Part shown: positions 38,522 through 47,670 of the stretch, in pieces
Layout: the number at the start of each line of letters is the position of its first letter
Position numbering within the stretch: position 1 is the first letter of the stretch
From: a virus
Taxonomy: Duplodnaviria; Caudoviricetes
DNA length: 64,000 bases
Direction: 5' to 3' (one strand)
IMG/VR virus record: IMGVR_UViG_3300005686_000008
Notes under the pieces: model-generated
What the model was told of the DNA's origin: nothing
The model's database searches: none
What the model saw: the letters and a program-made list of their open reading frames with translations, nothing else
Translations under genes and position numbers: made by a program

Positions 38522-41500
38522 ATGAGCGGAGTAGATTGGAGAACAGCTTCACCGGGTAGGCCTGGCAATCTTAAGTTCAAGTGTGAACTTTGGGCGAACT
38601 GTCCTATTTACGAAAGAGTTCAACAGGACCAGGCGTTTATATTTTCGCCAGAAACTCTTATGTATGCTCCTCAAGAACTGAGGAATAGGATTGTTACTAT
38701 TCCGGGAGTTGATGGTGCTTATCTTAGAGTTATCCCTCAGTTTTATATACACAACTTCATATCGTTTATAGATCCAGACGCTCCAAAAGAAGCTCCAGAT
38801 CCTGGAAAAGAAGCAACCAAATCAAGAGATAATGGACCTTATTCTTGGGACAATGTTATCCCTCTTTCTCAGCTTATGTTTTTGTCTTTAGTTCCTACTG
38901 ATTTGACAGCAAATTATCTTAGAACATTAGATTATAAAGCTGTTGAATCTTCTGCGATTGCGGCTCATCAGACATGGATATCTGATGGAAGCTTGTTCTG
39001 TAGCGATAATGTATTGCCAACAGAATATGATTCTATTCAGAAGATAGAAGAAGATTTTGTTAGAGTAAGAAAAGCTTTTTGCACTAAGTGGGATTATAGA
39101 TGGGAAAACGTAGGACAGTCTGTTGCTGTTACTTTTGTCAATACCGAGGATTTTAATCCCGAAAACGATACTACTCAAAACAAGAGGGTTGAACAAAATA
39201 CAATTGTTGTTCCATCAACTGATGGCATTTCTCATGCTGGCGACCCAATTCAAGTGATGAAGGATAATAATGTTGAAAGCATATTCCAAATTTCTGAGAA
39301 TATGTATGGTTCATTTGGCGGTAATGGCGGTATAAATCCCGGAATGCATTGGAGATTACTTAAGAGGACTCCAATATTTCAGGGAGAAGATTTTAGTATA
39401 GAGTTTTCAACAAAAGCTCCGGCGAGTACGAATATTGGTTCGACAAATGCTAAGTTTAGAATGCTTGAAAAATTCAAGTATTTAGACGTTTATTCTACCA
39501 ATAGTAGTGTTGTTTGCGGAGCGCTTGGCGCGGATGGTCTTTTAGACCAAAGCCGTAATAACAAGATAATAGAAAATACGAGAAAGATTTTCGATTTTAG
39601 TAGACAAGTATATTACATAATAGAAATCGGGGTTAATCATCCTGACCATAACTATTGGATTATTATTGCGGAAAATTCTTTCCCTATCTTTTGTCATGTT
39701 GGCGTTACTCCAACGTTGCAATGTTCTGTAAAAGAGTCTTTTAATTATCAAAATCCTCCGCCAGCAAGAGAAACAGACTCGGACGAGGTTCAGCCATGCA
39801 GGACCGGAGCAGATGAAACTCAAAGTTCAAGAGATGTTGATTTGGGAGGACAGTTAAAAGAGGTTACTGTTGCGAAGCTTGCTCTTAGTCCTGTTCTTAG
39901 AAAGTTGTCTACATATGATGCTGCATCTTCTGCAACTTTGTTGGGGATGGAAAAACTTAAGGTTACAGTAAGACAGCATGCTGGTCATATTGTTGTTACT
40001 TTTGCTGGATTTGAAAATAATCCTTGGGTTATATCAAGAAAGGATATAGACCCAGCAAAAACTCCTATATCTATAGAACTTCCTGATGCTGATGGAGGAA
40101 CAACTTCTTATGATGTTCCGGTCAACGAGAGTCAGGTTTCTTATAAAACAGTGCAAATGCTTATTCCTTTTGCTCAAATAGCAATTATGGGCGGTAATAG
40201 AAAGTGCGGATTTTCTTTCGCGCCAGTAATATACAATCAACTGTTTGACTTCTTGATGCCTCAGCCTTTTTCTATACAAGGTCCAGTTAATGCTGATGAA
40301 GTTGAGTTTTTATGGCGAGACAAGGGAAAGAGTCTCGATCCATCGGTATCAGTAAACTTGGAAAAGCAGCAGTATACGAATGAGGCAGGAACATATACCG
40401 AAATATGCGTAGACCCTAAAAAGCCATCAGAGAAGGCTAAATCTAGAGATACATGGGCTATTGATGTTCAAAAAGAGTTTGTTTTGAACTATGGAAAAGC
40501 TCCTGACATGATGAAGAATGATATGGCTGCTTCTTATGGAGCGCTTCCTTCTAATTTGACTGTTTCCGCAACAGAATGTACTATCTCTCAGGGGTCAACC
40601 TCGGAAAATAGTAAGCTTATGCAGGCCACTATTAGCGTGTTGCCAGGCGGTTATATGTTCCCGGCAATAGATGATCCTAATGGGGTTCCGTGGGTTCTTC
40701 AAGATTGCGTTACTCCTTTGATATATACGCTTAGACTGTTTGTTCCGCCGAAGGGTTGTATTTTTAGAAAAACCCCTGTTGATGTAAGCCAGCATGTTCT
40801 TTCGTTTAATGATGAGTGGTCTGAAACGGATTGGCAAAAACTTGAGCATAGCGGTTCTATTTCGTTCCTTGTTAGCGATGGAATGAAGTTTAGGAATAAT
40901 CAGTCTAACTATCTTAATAAGCTTATTGATAAGACATTCTATTTGCAGGTAAGTATTTGGTGGGAAAATGGGATAATGGAAACCCCATCAGATCCTAGGG
41001 ATAGAATTGTGTTCACAGGCCTTTGTCATGGCGGAACAATAACAACCGAAACGAATAAGAGAGTTTTGGATTGTAAAATGATAGATTATTCTAAGATCTT
41101 GAAAGATCAGTTTTTCATGAACTCTCCATTTTTTGATAGGATGAGAGATGTAAATGCTGTGCGAGATATTATACAGCTTGCAGGACTAAGAGATGGCACT
41201 GATAATGATTCGTCTTTTGAGCCGGGTTCTTTGATAAGGGTTCTTGCTAATTCTGAATCTAAGGGAGGTTGGTATAATTTCTTCTTCAATGGGGATAAAA
41301 TCTATAATAGAGAATATGCTTTGCCTGGTTCTTACGATATGTTGCAGTCTCCATTTATGAGATTTGCAGATGGAAGTAGTTATTGGGATGCTATAGAAAA
41401 AATGGCAGGTCTTTCGAATAAGGTAGCGTTCTTTGATAGATTAGGAGTTTTCCATTTCAATCCGTTGCCGTATGATCAAGAAATGTGGGGCGGTCAGTCG

Positions 41501-42121
41501 GGTTCTCAGACAAATTGGACTATACAGGATTGGGCGGCGCTTAGTAAGGTAGATTTCTTTGCAACGCCAAAGCAGTTGAATATTGATGGGAGCGATTGCC
41601 CAGAACTTAATAGGCAGATAATAGGAGATTACAAGATAGAAAGAGTTGTTCAAGATGTTATGAACGAGATAAAGGTTATAACAACAACTCCAAATGGAGA
41701 GATTCTTGTAGCGGGACATACAAACTACGCTTCGTTGAACGACCCTGATTCTCCTGGTTTCTTGGGATATAAGAAGCCTTTCTTGCAAATGGATGGTATA
41801 TTTGGAAGCGAAGATACCGTAAAATGGGTTGTGAAGAATTATACAAGAATGTTTATTCCTCCAATAAAGGTTTCTTTCAAAGCAATTGGAAGGAATAATA
41901 TAAAGGCATTAGATGTTGTTACGTTCCAGCCATTAGGTTCTAGAGAAAAACAACCTCTGATTGTTACTTCTGTAAAGAGCGAAGTCGATGCTTCTAAGAA
42001 CACGTGGTATCAAGACTTCGAATGCTTATGGTTGTTCCCAAGACAGGATATACAATGGGGCAATACTAATGAGATTGGACTTGGGTTGGATGGCTCTATT
42101 TCTGGTAATATAGGAGGCTAA
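38522..42121 (+). CDS. Tail-tip/baseplate hub-like protein
   Basis: 1199 aa; IVFTG..DYSKILKD..FFDRLGVFHF..IKALDVV hub-like pattern. Confidence 0.6.
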   Translation: MSGVDWRTASPGRPGNLKFKCELWANCPIYERVQQDQAFIFSPETLMYAPQELRNRIVTIPGVDGAYLRVIPQFYIHNFISFIDPDAPKEAPDPGKEATKSRDNGPYSWDNVIPLSQLMFLSLVPTDLTANYLRTLDYKAVESSAIAAHQTWISDGSLFCSDNVLPTEYDSIQKIEEDFVRVRKAFCTKWDYRWENVGQSVAVTFVNTEDFNPENDTTQNKRVEQNTIVVPSTDGISHAGDPIQVMKDNNVESIFQISENMYGSFGGNGGINPGMHWRLLKRTPIFQGEDFSIEFSTKAPASTNIGSTNAKFRMLEKFKYLDVYSTNSSVVCGALGADGLLDQSRNNKIIENTRKIFDFSRQVYYIIEIGVNHPDHNYWIIIAENSFPIFCHVGVTPTLQCSVKESFNYQNPPPARETDSDEVQPCRTGADETQSSRDVDLGGQLKEVTVAKLALSPVLRKLSTYDAASSATLLGMEKLKVTVRQHAGHIVVTFAGFENNPWVISRKDIDPAKTPISIELPDADGGTTSYDVPVNESQVSYKTVQMLIPFAQIAIMGGNRKCGFSFAPVIYNQLFDFLMPQPFSIQGPVNADEVEFLWRDKGKSLDPSVSVNLEKQQYTNEAGTYTEICVDPKKPSEKAKSRDTWAIDVQKEFVLNYGKAPDMMKNDMAASYGALPSNLTVSATECTISQGSTSENSKLMQATISVLPGGYMFPAIDDPNGVPWVLQDCVTPLIYTLRLFVPPKGCIFRKTPVDVSQHVLSFNDEWSETDWQKLEHSGSISFLVSDGMKFRNNQSNYLNKLIDKTFYLQVSIWWENGIMETPSDPRDRIVFTGLCHGGTITTETNKRVLDCKMIDYSKILKDQFFMNSPFFDRMRDVNAVRDIIQLAGLRDGTDNDSSFEPGSLIRVLANSESKGGWYNFFFNGDKIYNREYALPGSYDMLQSPFMRFADGSSYWDAIEKMAGLSNKVAFFDRLGVFHFNPLPYDQEMWGGQSGSQTNWTIQDWAALSKVDFFATPKQLNIDGSDCPELNRQIIGDYKIERVVQDVMNEIKVITTTPNGEILVAGHTNYASLNDPDSPGFLGYKKPFLQMDGIFGSEDTVKWVVKNYTRMFIPPIKVSFKAIGRNNIKALDVVTFQPLGSREKQPLIVTSVKSEVDASKNTWYQDFECLWLFPRQDIQWGNTNEIGLGLDGSISGNIGG

Positions 42122-42122
42122 T

Positions 42123-42326
42123 ATGTCAAAGAATGCAGCATCGGCAATTTGGAGTAAAATGAAAGATGAGATAAAGAAGGATAGGAATTCTGCTGAGAAT
42201 TTTCTTAATATAAGAAATAACCGACAAGGTTATAGAGGTATGGGCATGTACCAGCTTACAAGAAATACAGCCGCAGAAGGAATTATGATTGTTGGAGTAA
42301 CTAGAGGCGGAAGGGTAGGACAATAA
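42123..42326 (+). CDS. Small hypothetical protein
   Basis: GGAGG RBS; fills the gap. Confidence 0.65.
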   Translation: MSKNAASAIWSKMKDEIKKDRNSAENFLNIRNNRQGYRGMGMYQLTRNTAAEGIMIVGVTRGGRVGQ

Positions 42327-42330
42327 CTAA

Positions 42331-45300
42331 ATGCCTGGCAGTACACCATTTTACGGTTTAGCTTACTTCACCTACGGAGATGATCTTGGTGATGGCGTAA
42401 ACGTACAGCGAGAAATAGACCGCTTCCTAGTAATAGATAAGCAGCTCTATGGGTTGTATGCTGTTTTTGGTAATGGTGTTATTAGCGGATGGACTGTTTC
42501 TGAAAGAAATAATACTGGATCAAATACTATAGCAGTTGACATAACTCCTGGTATAGGTATTATATCTAGCCTTGCTGTTCAAACTGATTCTGTCGGAGAG
42601 GTCAATGATTTGCCGCCAGATGATACTTTCTATATTTATGCCGTTTTGAATAGCGGAACAGTAAGAACCAGAAGCGTTGAGTTTGTTTGGAGTAGAACTC
42701 TTCCAATTAGTCATGCTATAAGATTGGCTAGAGTTATTACTAATGCGAATGGAATCGCTTCTATTGATGCCGATTTTAGGCAAGAGATTAGCTTCCTTGA
42801 GTTCATTAAAGATGAAGTTGCCAAGCATAAGCACAGAGGAAGCCCAAGTAAAATAGACTTGCAGACAGAAACAAGAAATCAGTTACCCGGCGCTCGTATT
42901 GAAGATTTTGATGCTTCTAAGGTTGTTAGCGGAAGACTGGATCCTGCAAGGATTCCTCAGTTAGACCATAACGATCTTGCTAATAATGGTCTTCTTACTC
43001 ACGCTCAGTTAGATTCGTTTACGAGACTTATAAACTCTGGTAATAGACAACTCCTTGGAGAAGTTGGCGCAGTCAATACAATGAAGCTTATCACGGCCCA
43101 GTATTATCTTGCAGATACAATGAATCTTAACTTGAGCGAGCTTGTTGATTATCCAAACTTGTTCGTATGCTATCCTGGTATTACTCCAGATTCTGGTATT
43201 GATTTTGATGCAACTTCTGCAAACCTAAGTCTTGATACTCATTGTATTTCTGGCAAGCCTGTATCTCAAGGGTCTATTACTTCTATATACTGGGCAAATA
43301 CTCAAGCGTTCTTTACTGCTACGGAAAAACAGAATGTTACAATTGCAAGAGATACTGTAACTCTTACTAGGGGAGGCGGAAGCTCCACTACGGTAGAAAA
43401 CTTCGAGCAAGTACCAAATGCAGGCGTTGCAATACCTGGCTTTACAAGCATTGTTCAAATTACAACAGACAAAATAGGCGTAACATCAGAAGATACTTCT
43501 TCTTTGAAGACTCAGGGTTTTTATAGCGGAAAGTTCCAAACCGAGAGAGAATCAAGGATAATATATAAGAGAACCTTGACGCAGAATAAGGATTGGAGCC
43601 TTTATGATGAGTTGATTTTGGATGTCAAGAGTCTTTCTATATCGCACGGCGCTGTTTATATGTATTTTGTAAACGGAACCGGAGATTCAGCAAAGCAATC
43701 GCAACCATATCTTGTTCTTGGTCCGGATGAAATAACTGATAATGTTGATCCTGCTTTCAACTCTTTTGAAAGAAGAGTTTTTGATATTTCGCAAGAAGAC
43801 AAGAGCGATGTTCAAGAAATCGTCTTCTATACAGATGACACTATAACAAAGCATACATTCTGGATAGATAATATCTTCCTAAGAAATCAGAGTCTTTATC
43901 CTCCAAGCGGCATAATCCGCTTTAGATATTCTAGCGGAGTTTCCGTTTTATTTAGTTCCATCAACTATGATGCAACAATTCCAGAGGATTGCGACGTAAG
44001 AATAAGAATAAGGGTTGCAAACTCTCCTGCTCTTTTGGATAGAGCAATATATACCGCCAATCTCAGGTCTGGCGATGTGTTTTCTCTTTCTGGAACTGAT
44101 GCGGAAATAGAAGTTGTTTTGGTTTCCAATCCAGATAGAACCAAGACCCCTACGCTTGAGCAGATTGAATTACAACTTATTGTAAGTTCAGATATTACCG
44201 GCTTTACTATATCAAATGCTCAAGAATGGGATAGGGGTACATACGTTAATGGGAAGCAAGTTCTTGACGAGTATAACCCATTAAGGTCTAAGATTATCCT
44301 TCAAGAACCCATATCTGTAGGAGATATTTACTACATTTACCAAAATGGTGTCAATGAAAATGATCCGCAAGGAACAGCTATCTATGGATTTAGAGGACTT
44401 CTTTTTAGAACACTATTGTCTCCTCAACAGGCAATAGATATCGCTTCCGCCGGTTTCTCTCCCGGTTTCAATAACCCGTTCTCTGTATATAGGCTTCAAA
44501 ACAGAAACTTTATTATAGCGGATACGGCAAACGACAGAGTTATAGAAACGACTCCAACAGGAGAGTTTGTAAGAGGGCTTGGCGGTCATAATGCAACAGA
44601 TCCTTCCTATTTCTATCCATTGACGGCTGTTTATAATCAAAGGAAGGGCGTTCTTACTGTTTCTTTCAGTCAAGAAATAGATCCAGAAAAGGTTGATATA
44701 ACGAAGATGCGTCTTTGGATTGGTTCTGCAAATCTTGTTCTTGGCGAGCAGGACCAGATTTTAGATACAGCGAAAACTGCAAAGCTTTTAGAAATTGCTC
44801 TAACGAATGATAAGGTTGAGCAGTTGCAGGATCCTGATTTTGAAGTGTACATTGATATGTTGTCCGGATTCCTTCCTACGCCTTTTGCTTATCCAGATAG
44901 CGCTAGAAGATTGCTTACGAGTAAGGGTATTAATGTTTTCCTTGGCGACTTTGTTTACATGAATGATATTAGTAGGCCGGTTTTTGCTAATGTTTCTAGT
45001 AGCGGAAACTGGATGATTTGTAACTCTACCATAATAGAGGAAGAGGTTTCTACTGGCGATACGAGCGTTCTTACTCTCAAGGTCGGAGAGAGTACAACAT
45101 TTACCGTGTCTGTTGACCCTCCGGGAGATGGATTTGAGTTGGTATGGGAAAACAATATTCCAGCAGCAATACAGGACATTGTTTCTTTTGCTGCTCCAAC
45201 TCCGGGTAATGTTGCAACAGTAAATCTTAACTCTCCAAATGATTCTCAAATAAGGACATGGCAGCTTATCTTTACGGCTGTTTATATAGAAACCGCAACC

Positions 45301-45873
45301 GGGATTACGACTGCTAGAACAACAAATACTCTCATATTACATATTGTGGCTTCTGATGCAGGAGAAGGAGATTCGGAACAAACAGACCCTCCTCATCTTG
45401 TTGAAATCAATTTCGATGATGAAATGGTTGAGTTCTCTTATAGTTCGTTAACTTTCTCAGATTTCACTCTGGGATCTATATATGAAATTGACTCAGAAAA
45501 AATTCTTGTGAGCGGGCTGGTAAAAGAGTCAGACCCATTACCGGCTCCAACTCCGGGTGATGGGGTTGAGACGTATGAACAACAAGCGATTAGAAAATTG
45601 ACAAACTACAGAGGCAAAACGATCATACTTAGTAGAAAAGATAAATCTGTAAGTTTTGAGTATCTTGCCTCTGATAATGCTTATCCTTCTGATGCTGTTA
45701 TAGACGACAATACTAATGTTGTCATTGCAGAAACATCGTTCATTGGGAATGCAGGAAGAGTAATCAAGGTTGATTCTGACGGCAACATTGTTTGGCAGAT
45801 AAGCGGAGGCCTTTTCAATAAGATAAACGATGTAAGGGCTAAGCTTTCTGGCGATGTAATCGTTAGCACATGA
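42331..45873 (+). CDS. Tail/baseplate-associated protein with NHL-like propeller repeats
   Basis: GNGVISGW, HKHRG, IIADTANDRVIE, GRVIKVDSDGNIVW. Confidence 0.6.
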   Translation: MPGSTPFYGLAYFTYGDDLGDGVNVQREIDRFLVIDKQLYGLYAVFGNGVISGWTVSERNNTGSNTIAVDITPGIGIISSLAVQTDSVGEVNDLPPDDTFYIYAVLNSGTVRTRSVEFVWSRTLPISHAIRLARVITNANGIASIDADFRQEISFLEFIKDEVAKHKHRGSPSKIDLQTETRNQLPGARIEDFDASKVVSGRLDPARIPQLDHNDLANNGLLTHAQLDSFTRLINSGNRQLLGEVGAVNTMKLITAQYYLADTMNLNLSELVDYPNLFVCYPGITPDSGIDFDATSANLSLDTHCISGKPVSQGSITSIYWANTQAFFTATEKQNVTIARDTVTLTRGGGSSTTVENFEQVPNAGVAIPGFTSIVQITTDKIGVTSEDTSSLKTQGFYSGKFQTERESRIIYKRTLTQNKDWSLYDELILDVKSLSISHGAVYMYFVNGTGDSAKQSQPYLVLGPDEITDNVDPAFNSFERRVFDISQEDKSDVQEIVFYTDDTITKHTFWIDNIFLRNQSLYPPSGIIRFRYSSGVSVLFSSINYDATIPEDCDVRIRIRVANSPALLDRAIYTANLRSGDVFSLSGTDAEIEVVLVSNPDRTKTPTLEQIELQLIVSSDITGFTISNAQEWDRGTYVNGKQVLDEYNPLRSKIILQEPISVGDIYYIYQNGVNENDPQGTAIYGFRGLLFRTLLSPQQAIDIASAGFSPGFNNPFSVYRLQNRNFIIADTANDRVIETTPTGEFVRGLGGHNATDPSYFYPLTAVYNQRKGVLTVSFSQEIDPEKVDITKMRLWIGSANLVLGEQDQILDTAKTAKLLEIALTNDKVEQLQDPDFEVYIDMLSGFLPTPFAYPDSARRLLTSKGINVFLGDFVYMNDISRPVFANVSSSGNWMICNSTIIEEEVSTGDTSVLTLKVGESTTFTVSVDPPGDGFELVWENNIPAAIQDIVSFAAPTPGNVATVNLNSPNDSQIRTWQLIFTAVYIETATGITTARTTNTLILHIVASDAGEGDSEQTDPPHLVEINFDDEMVEFSYSSLTFSDFTLGSIYEIDSEKILVSGLVKESDPLPAPTPGDGVETYEQQAIRKLTNYRGKTIILSRKDKSVSFEYLASDNAYPSDAVIDDNTNVVIAETSFIGNAGRVIKVDSDGNIVWQISGGLFNKINDVRAKLSGDVIVST

Positions 45874-45935
45874 TTCCAATTGATGAAATAAAAGGAATTC
45901 TTCCGATTATCTGTGTATCCAGTATCACGGAATAA
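45870..45935 (+). pseudogene. Possible stranded 5' remnant (MIPID..) of the downstream GT4 gene
   Basis: ATG overlaps the upstream stop (ATGA); ATG ATT CCA ATT GAT versus ATG ACA CCA ATT GAG at 46567; only 5 codons match. Confidence 0.45.
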
Positions 45936-45953
45936 ACCATATTGGGAGAATTT

Positions 45954-46580
45954 ATGAATGTTATTTGCTGTGTATGTAAATTGAACTTTGAAAGTAAAAC
46001 TTCTGGTTCAAAATATTGTAGCAATAAATGTTGGAATGCATCGCATTTAAGAACATGTGCTTTTTGTAAAAAAGAATTTGTCAGTAAAGATATAAGAAAA
46101 TGCTGTTCACGCAAATGTGGCAGTAGTATGCCTAAAAAACCTGGATGCAAAATATCAAAATGTTTATTTTGCGGTAATGAATTTGATAATGGATATGAAA
46201 GAAGAAGGAAATTTTGTAACAAATTTTGCTCAGGTAAATATTATGCTAAGGATAGAAGAAACGCAAACTGGACAAAAATAAAGGCTAAAGAAAGATTTAC
46301 TGGAGTTGATTCTATTTGGTATCTTAATTCTATACCCAGAAAAAGAGTTTTGGTTAATTTGAAAATAGGATGTTCTCGATGTGGCTGGTCTGAAGATATG
46401 TGCGATCTTCATCATATATATGGTAGAAAAATTCCAAATGCTAATTCTCATGATAATTTAAGTTATTTATGTCCAAATTGTCACAGACTTGCGGATAAGA
46501 AGAAAATAAAACCAGAAACAATAATTCCATTTTCTAAACAAGTTGGTGAAAGATGGAGAGATGTTTATGACACCAATTGA
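45954..46580 (+). CDS. Free-standing HNH endonuclease with N-terminal CxxC/CSxxC zinc-finger repeats
   Basis: Three CxxC..CS/NxxC repeats; CSRCGW..DLHHI..NLSYLCPNCH; GGAG RBS before ATG 45954. Confidence 0.9.
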   Translation: MNVICCVCKLNFESKTSGSKYCSNKCWNASHLRTCAFCKKEFVSKDIRKCCSRKCGSSMPKKPGCKISKCLFCGNEFDNGYERRRKFCNKFCSGKYYAKDRRNANWTKIKAKERFTGVDSIWYLNSIPRKRVLVNLKIGCSRCGWSEDMCDLHHIYGRKIPNANSHDNLSYLCPNCHRLADKKKIKPETIIPFSKQVGERWRDVYDTN

Positions 46581-47670
46581 GTGGATAGGTTTTTTTAATG
46601 AAACAGGCTACGGCCAGGCCTCTCTAGATCTTGTATCTGCGATGCTTCGTTCAGGGAAATATGATATAAGATTAGTTCCTCTTAATGGAAGTATATCTAA
46701 ACAGTTTGTTGATGCTGAAACAAGAAGTTCTCTTGATTCTCTTATAAGGAAAAGGCCTAATCCTAGAGCCACTCAGGTTTATCATTGCATTCCTCCAATG
46801 CAAATGAGAATCCCAAGGACTGATAGGGCGCTGGGTTTCGCTACCTTTGAAACGTATGAGCCGCCAGAGAAATGGATTGAACTTCTAAACAGAATGGATG
46901 GAGTTATATGTCCTTCGCAGTTTAACTATAAAGTTTTTGCTCATGCCGGTGTTCGAAGACCTTTATTCTATATTCCTCATTGTTTTGATTCAAGATATTG
47001 GCATGATAAGGTTCTTCCATTAGAAAATCGCAAGCCATTTACTTTTTTGTTTGTTGGTACATGGAAAAAGAGAAAAGGTTGGGCGGAACTTGTTGAGGCT
47101 TTTTGTAGAGAGTTTAGCGCTTCAGATAACGTCCAGCTTATAATCAAAACAGATAAGAATGATTTGGCAACTAAAGAAATAGGAAAACTTACAGCATCTT
47201 TGGGGTTAACAAAGGAATTACCACCCATTTTGCTTGAAAGAAGAATATTCGACAACGCATATTTACCGTCCTTCTACAAGTCTGTAAGTTGTCTTGTGAT
47301 GCCCACTTTGGGAGAAGGATTCGGATTACCGGGTTTACAATGTATGGCAGTAAAGGTTCCCATTATAATAACCAATTTTTCTGGGTGTCAGGAGTATGCA
47401 TCTAATGAAAGATGCACAATGCTCGAACCTGATGGTTTTATGATGCATTCAAATATGGACAATATACTTCAGTTTGCAAATAAGAAGTGGCCGAGGATTC
47501 CTATTTCGTCCATACAAACAGCCATGAGAAGTGTTTTTTCCAACAGAGATCAAGCGTTATCTAAAGCCGATAAAGCATATGAGTATGTTCATAACAATTT
47601 CTCTTATGAGGTAGCAGAAAAGGCGTTTGGAGAAACAATGGAGACTATTTACCGTGTCAGCCAAACTTAA
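46567..47670 (+). CDS. GT4 (GT-B) glycosyltransferase
   Basis: TGYG, FET, PSQFN, KRKGW, GEGFGLPGLQCMA, TNFSG; start lies inside the HNH 3' end after GGAGAG. Confidence 0.9.
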   Translation: MTPIEWIGFFNETGYGQASLDLVSAMLRSGKYDIRLVPLNGSISKQFVDAETRSSLDSLIRKRPNPRATQVYHCIPPMQMRIPRTDRALGFATFETYEPPEKWIELLNRMDGVICPSQFNYKVFAHAGVRRPLFYIPHCFDSRYWHDKVLPLENRKPFTFLFVGTWKKRKGWAELVEAFCREFSASDNVQLIIKTDKNDLATKEIGKLTASLGLTKELPPILLERRIFDNAYLPSFYKSVSCLVMPTLGEGFGLPGLQCMAVKVPIIITNFSGCQEYASNERCTMLEPDGFMMHSNMDNILQFANKKWPRIPISSIQTAMRSVFSNRDQALSKADKAYEYVHNNFSYEVAEKAFGETMETIYRVSQT

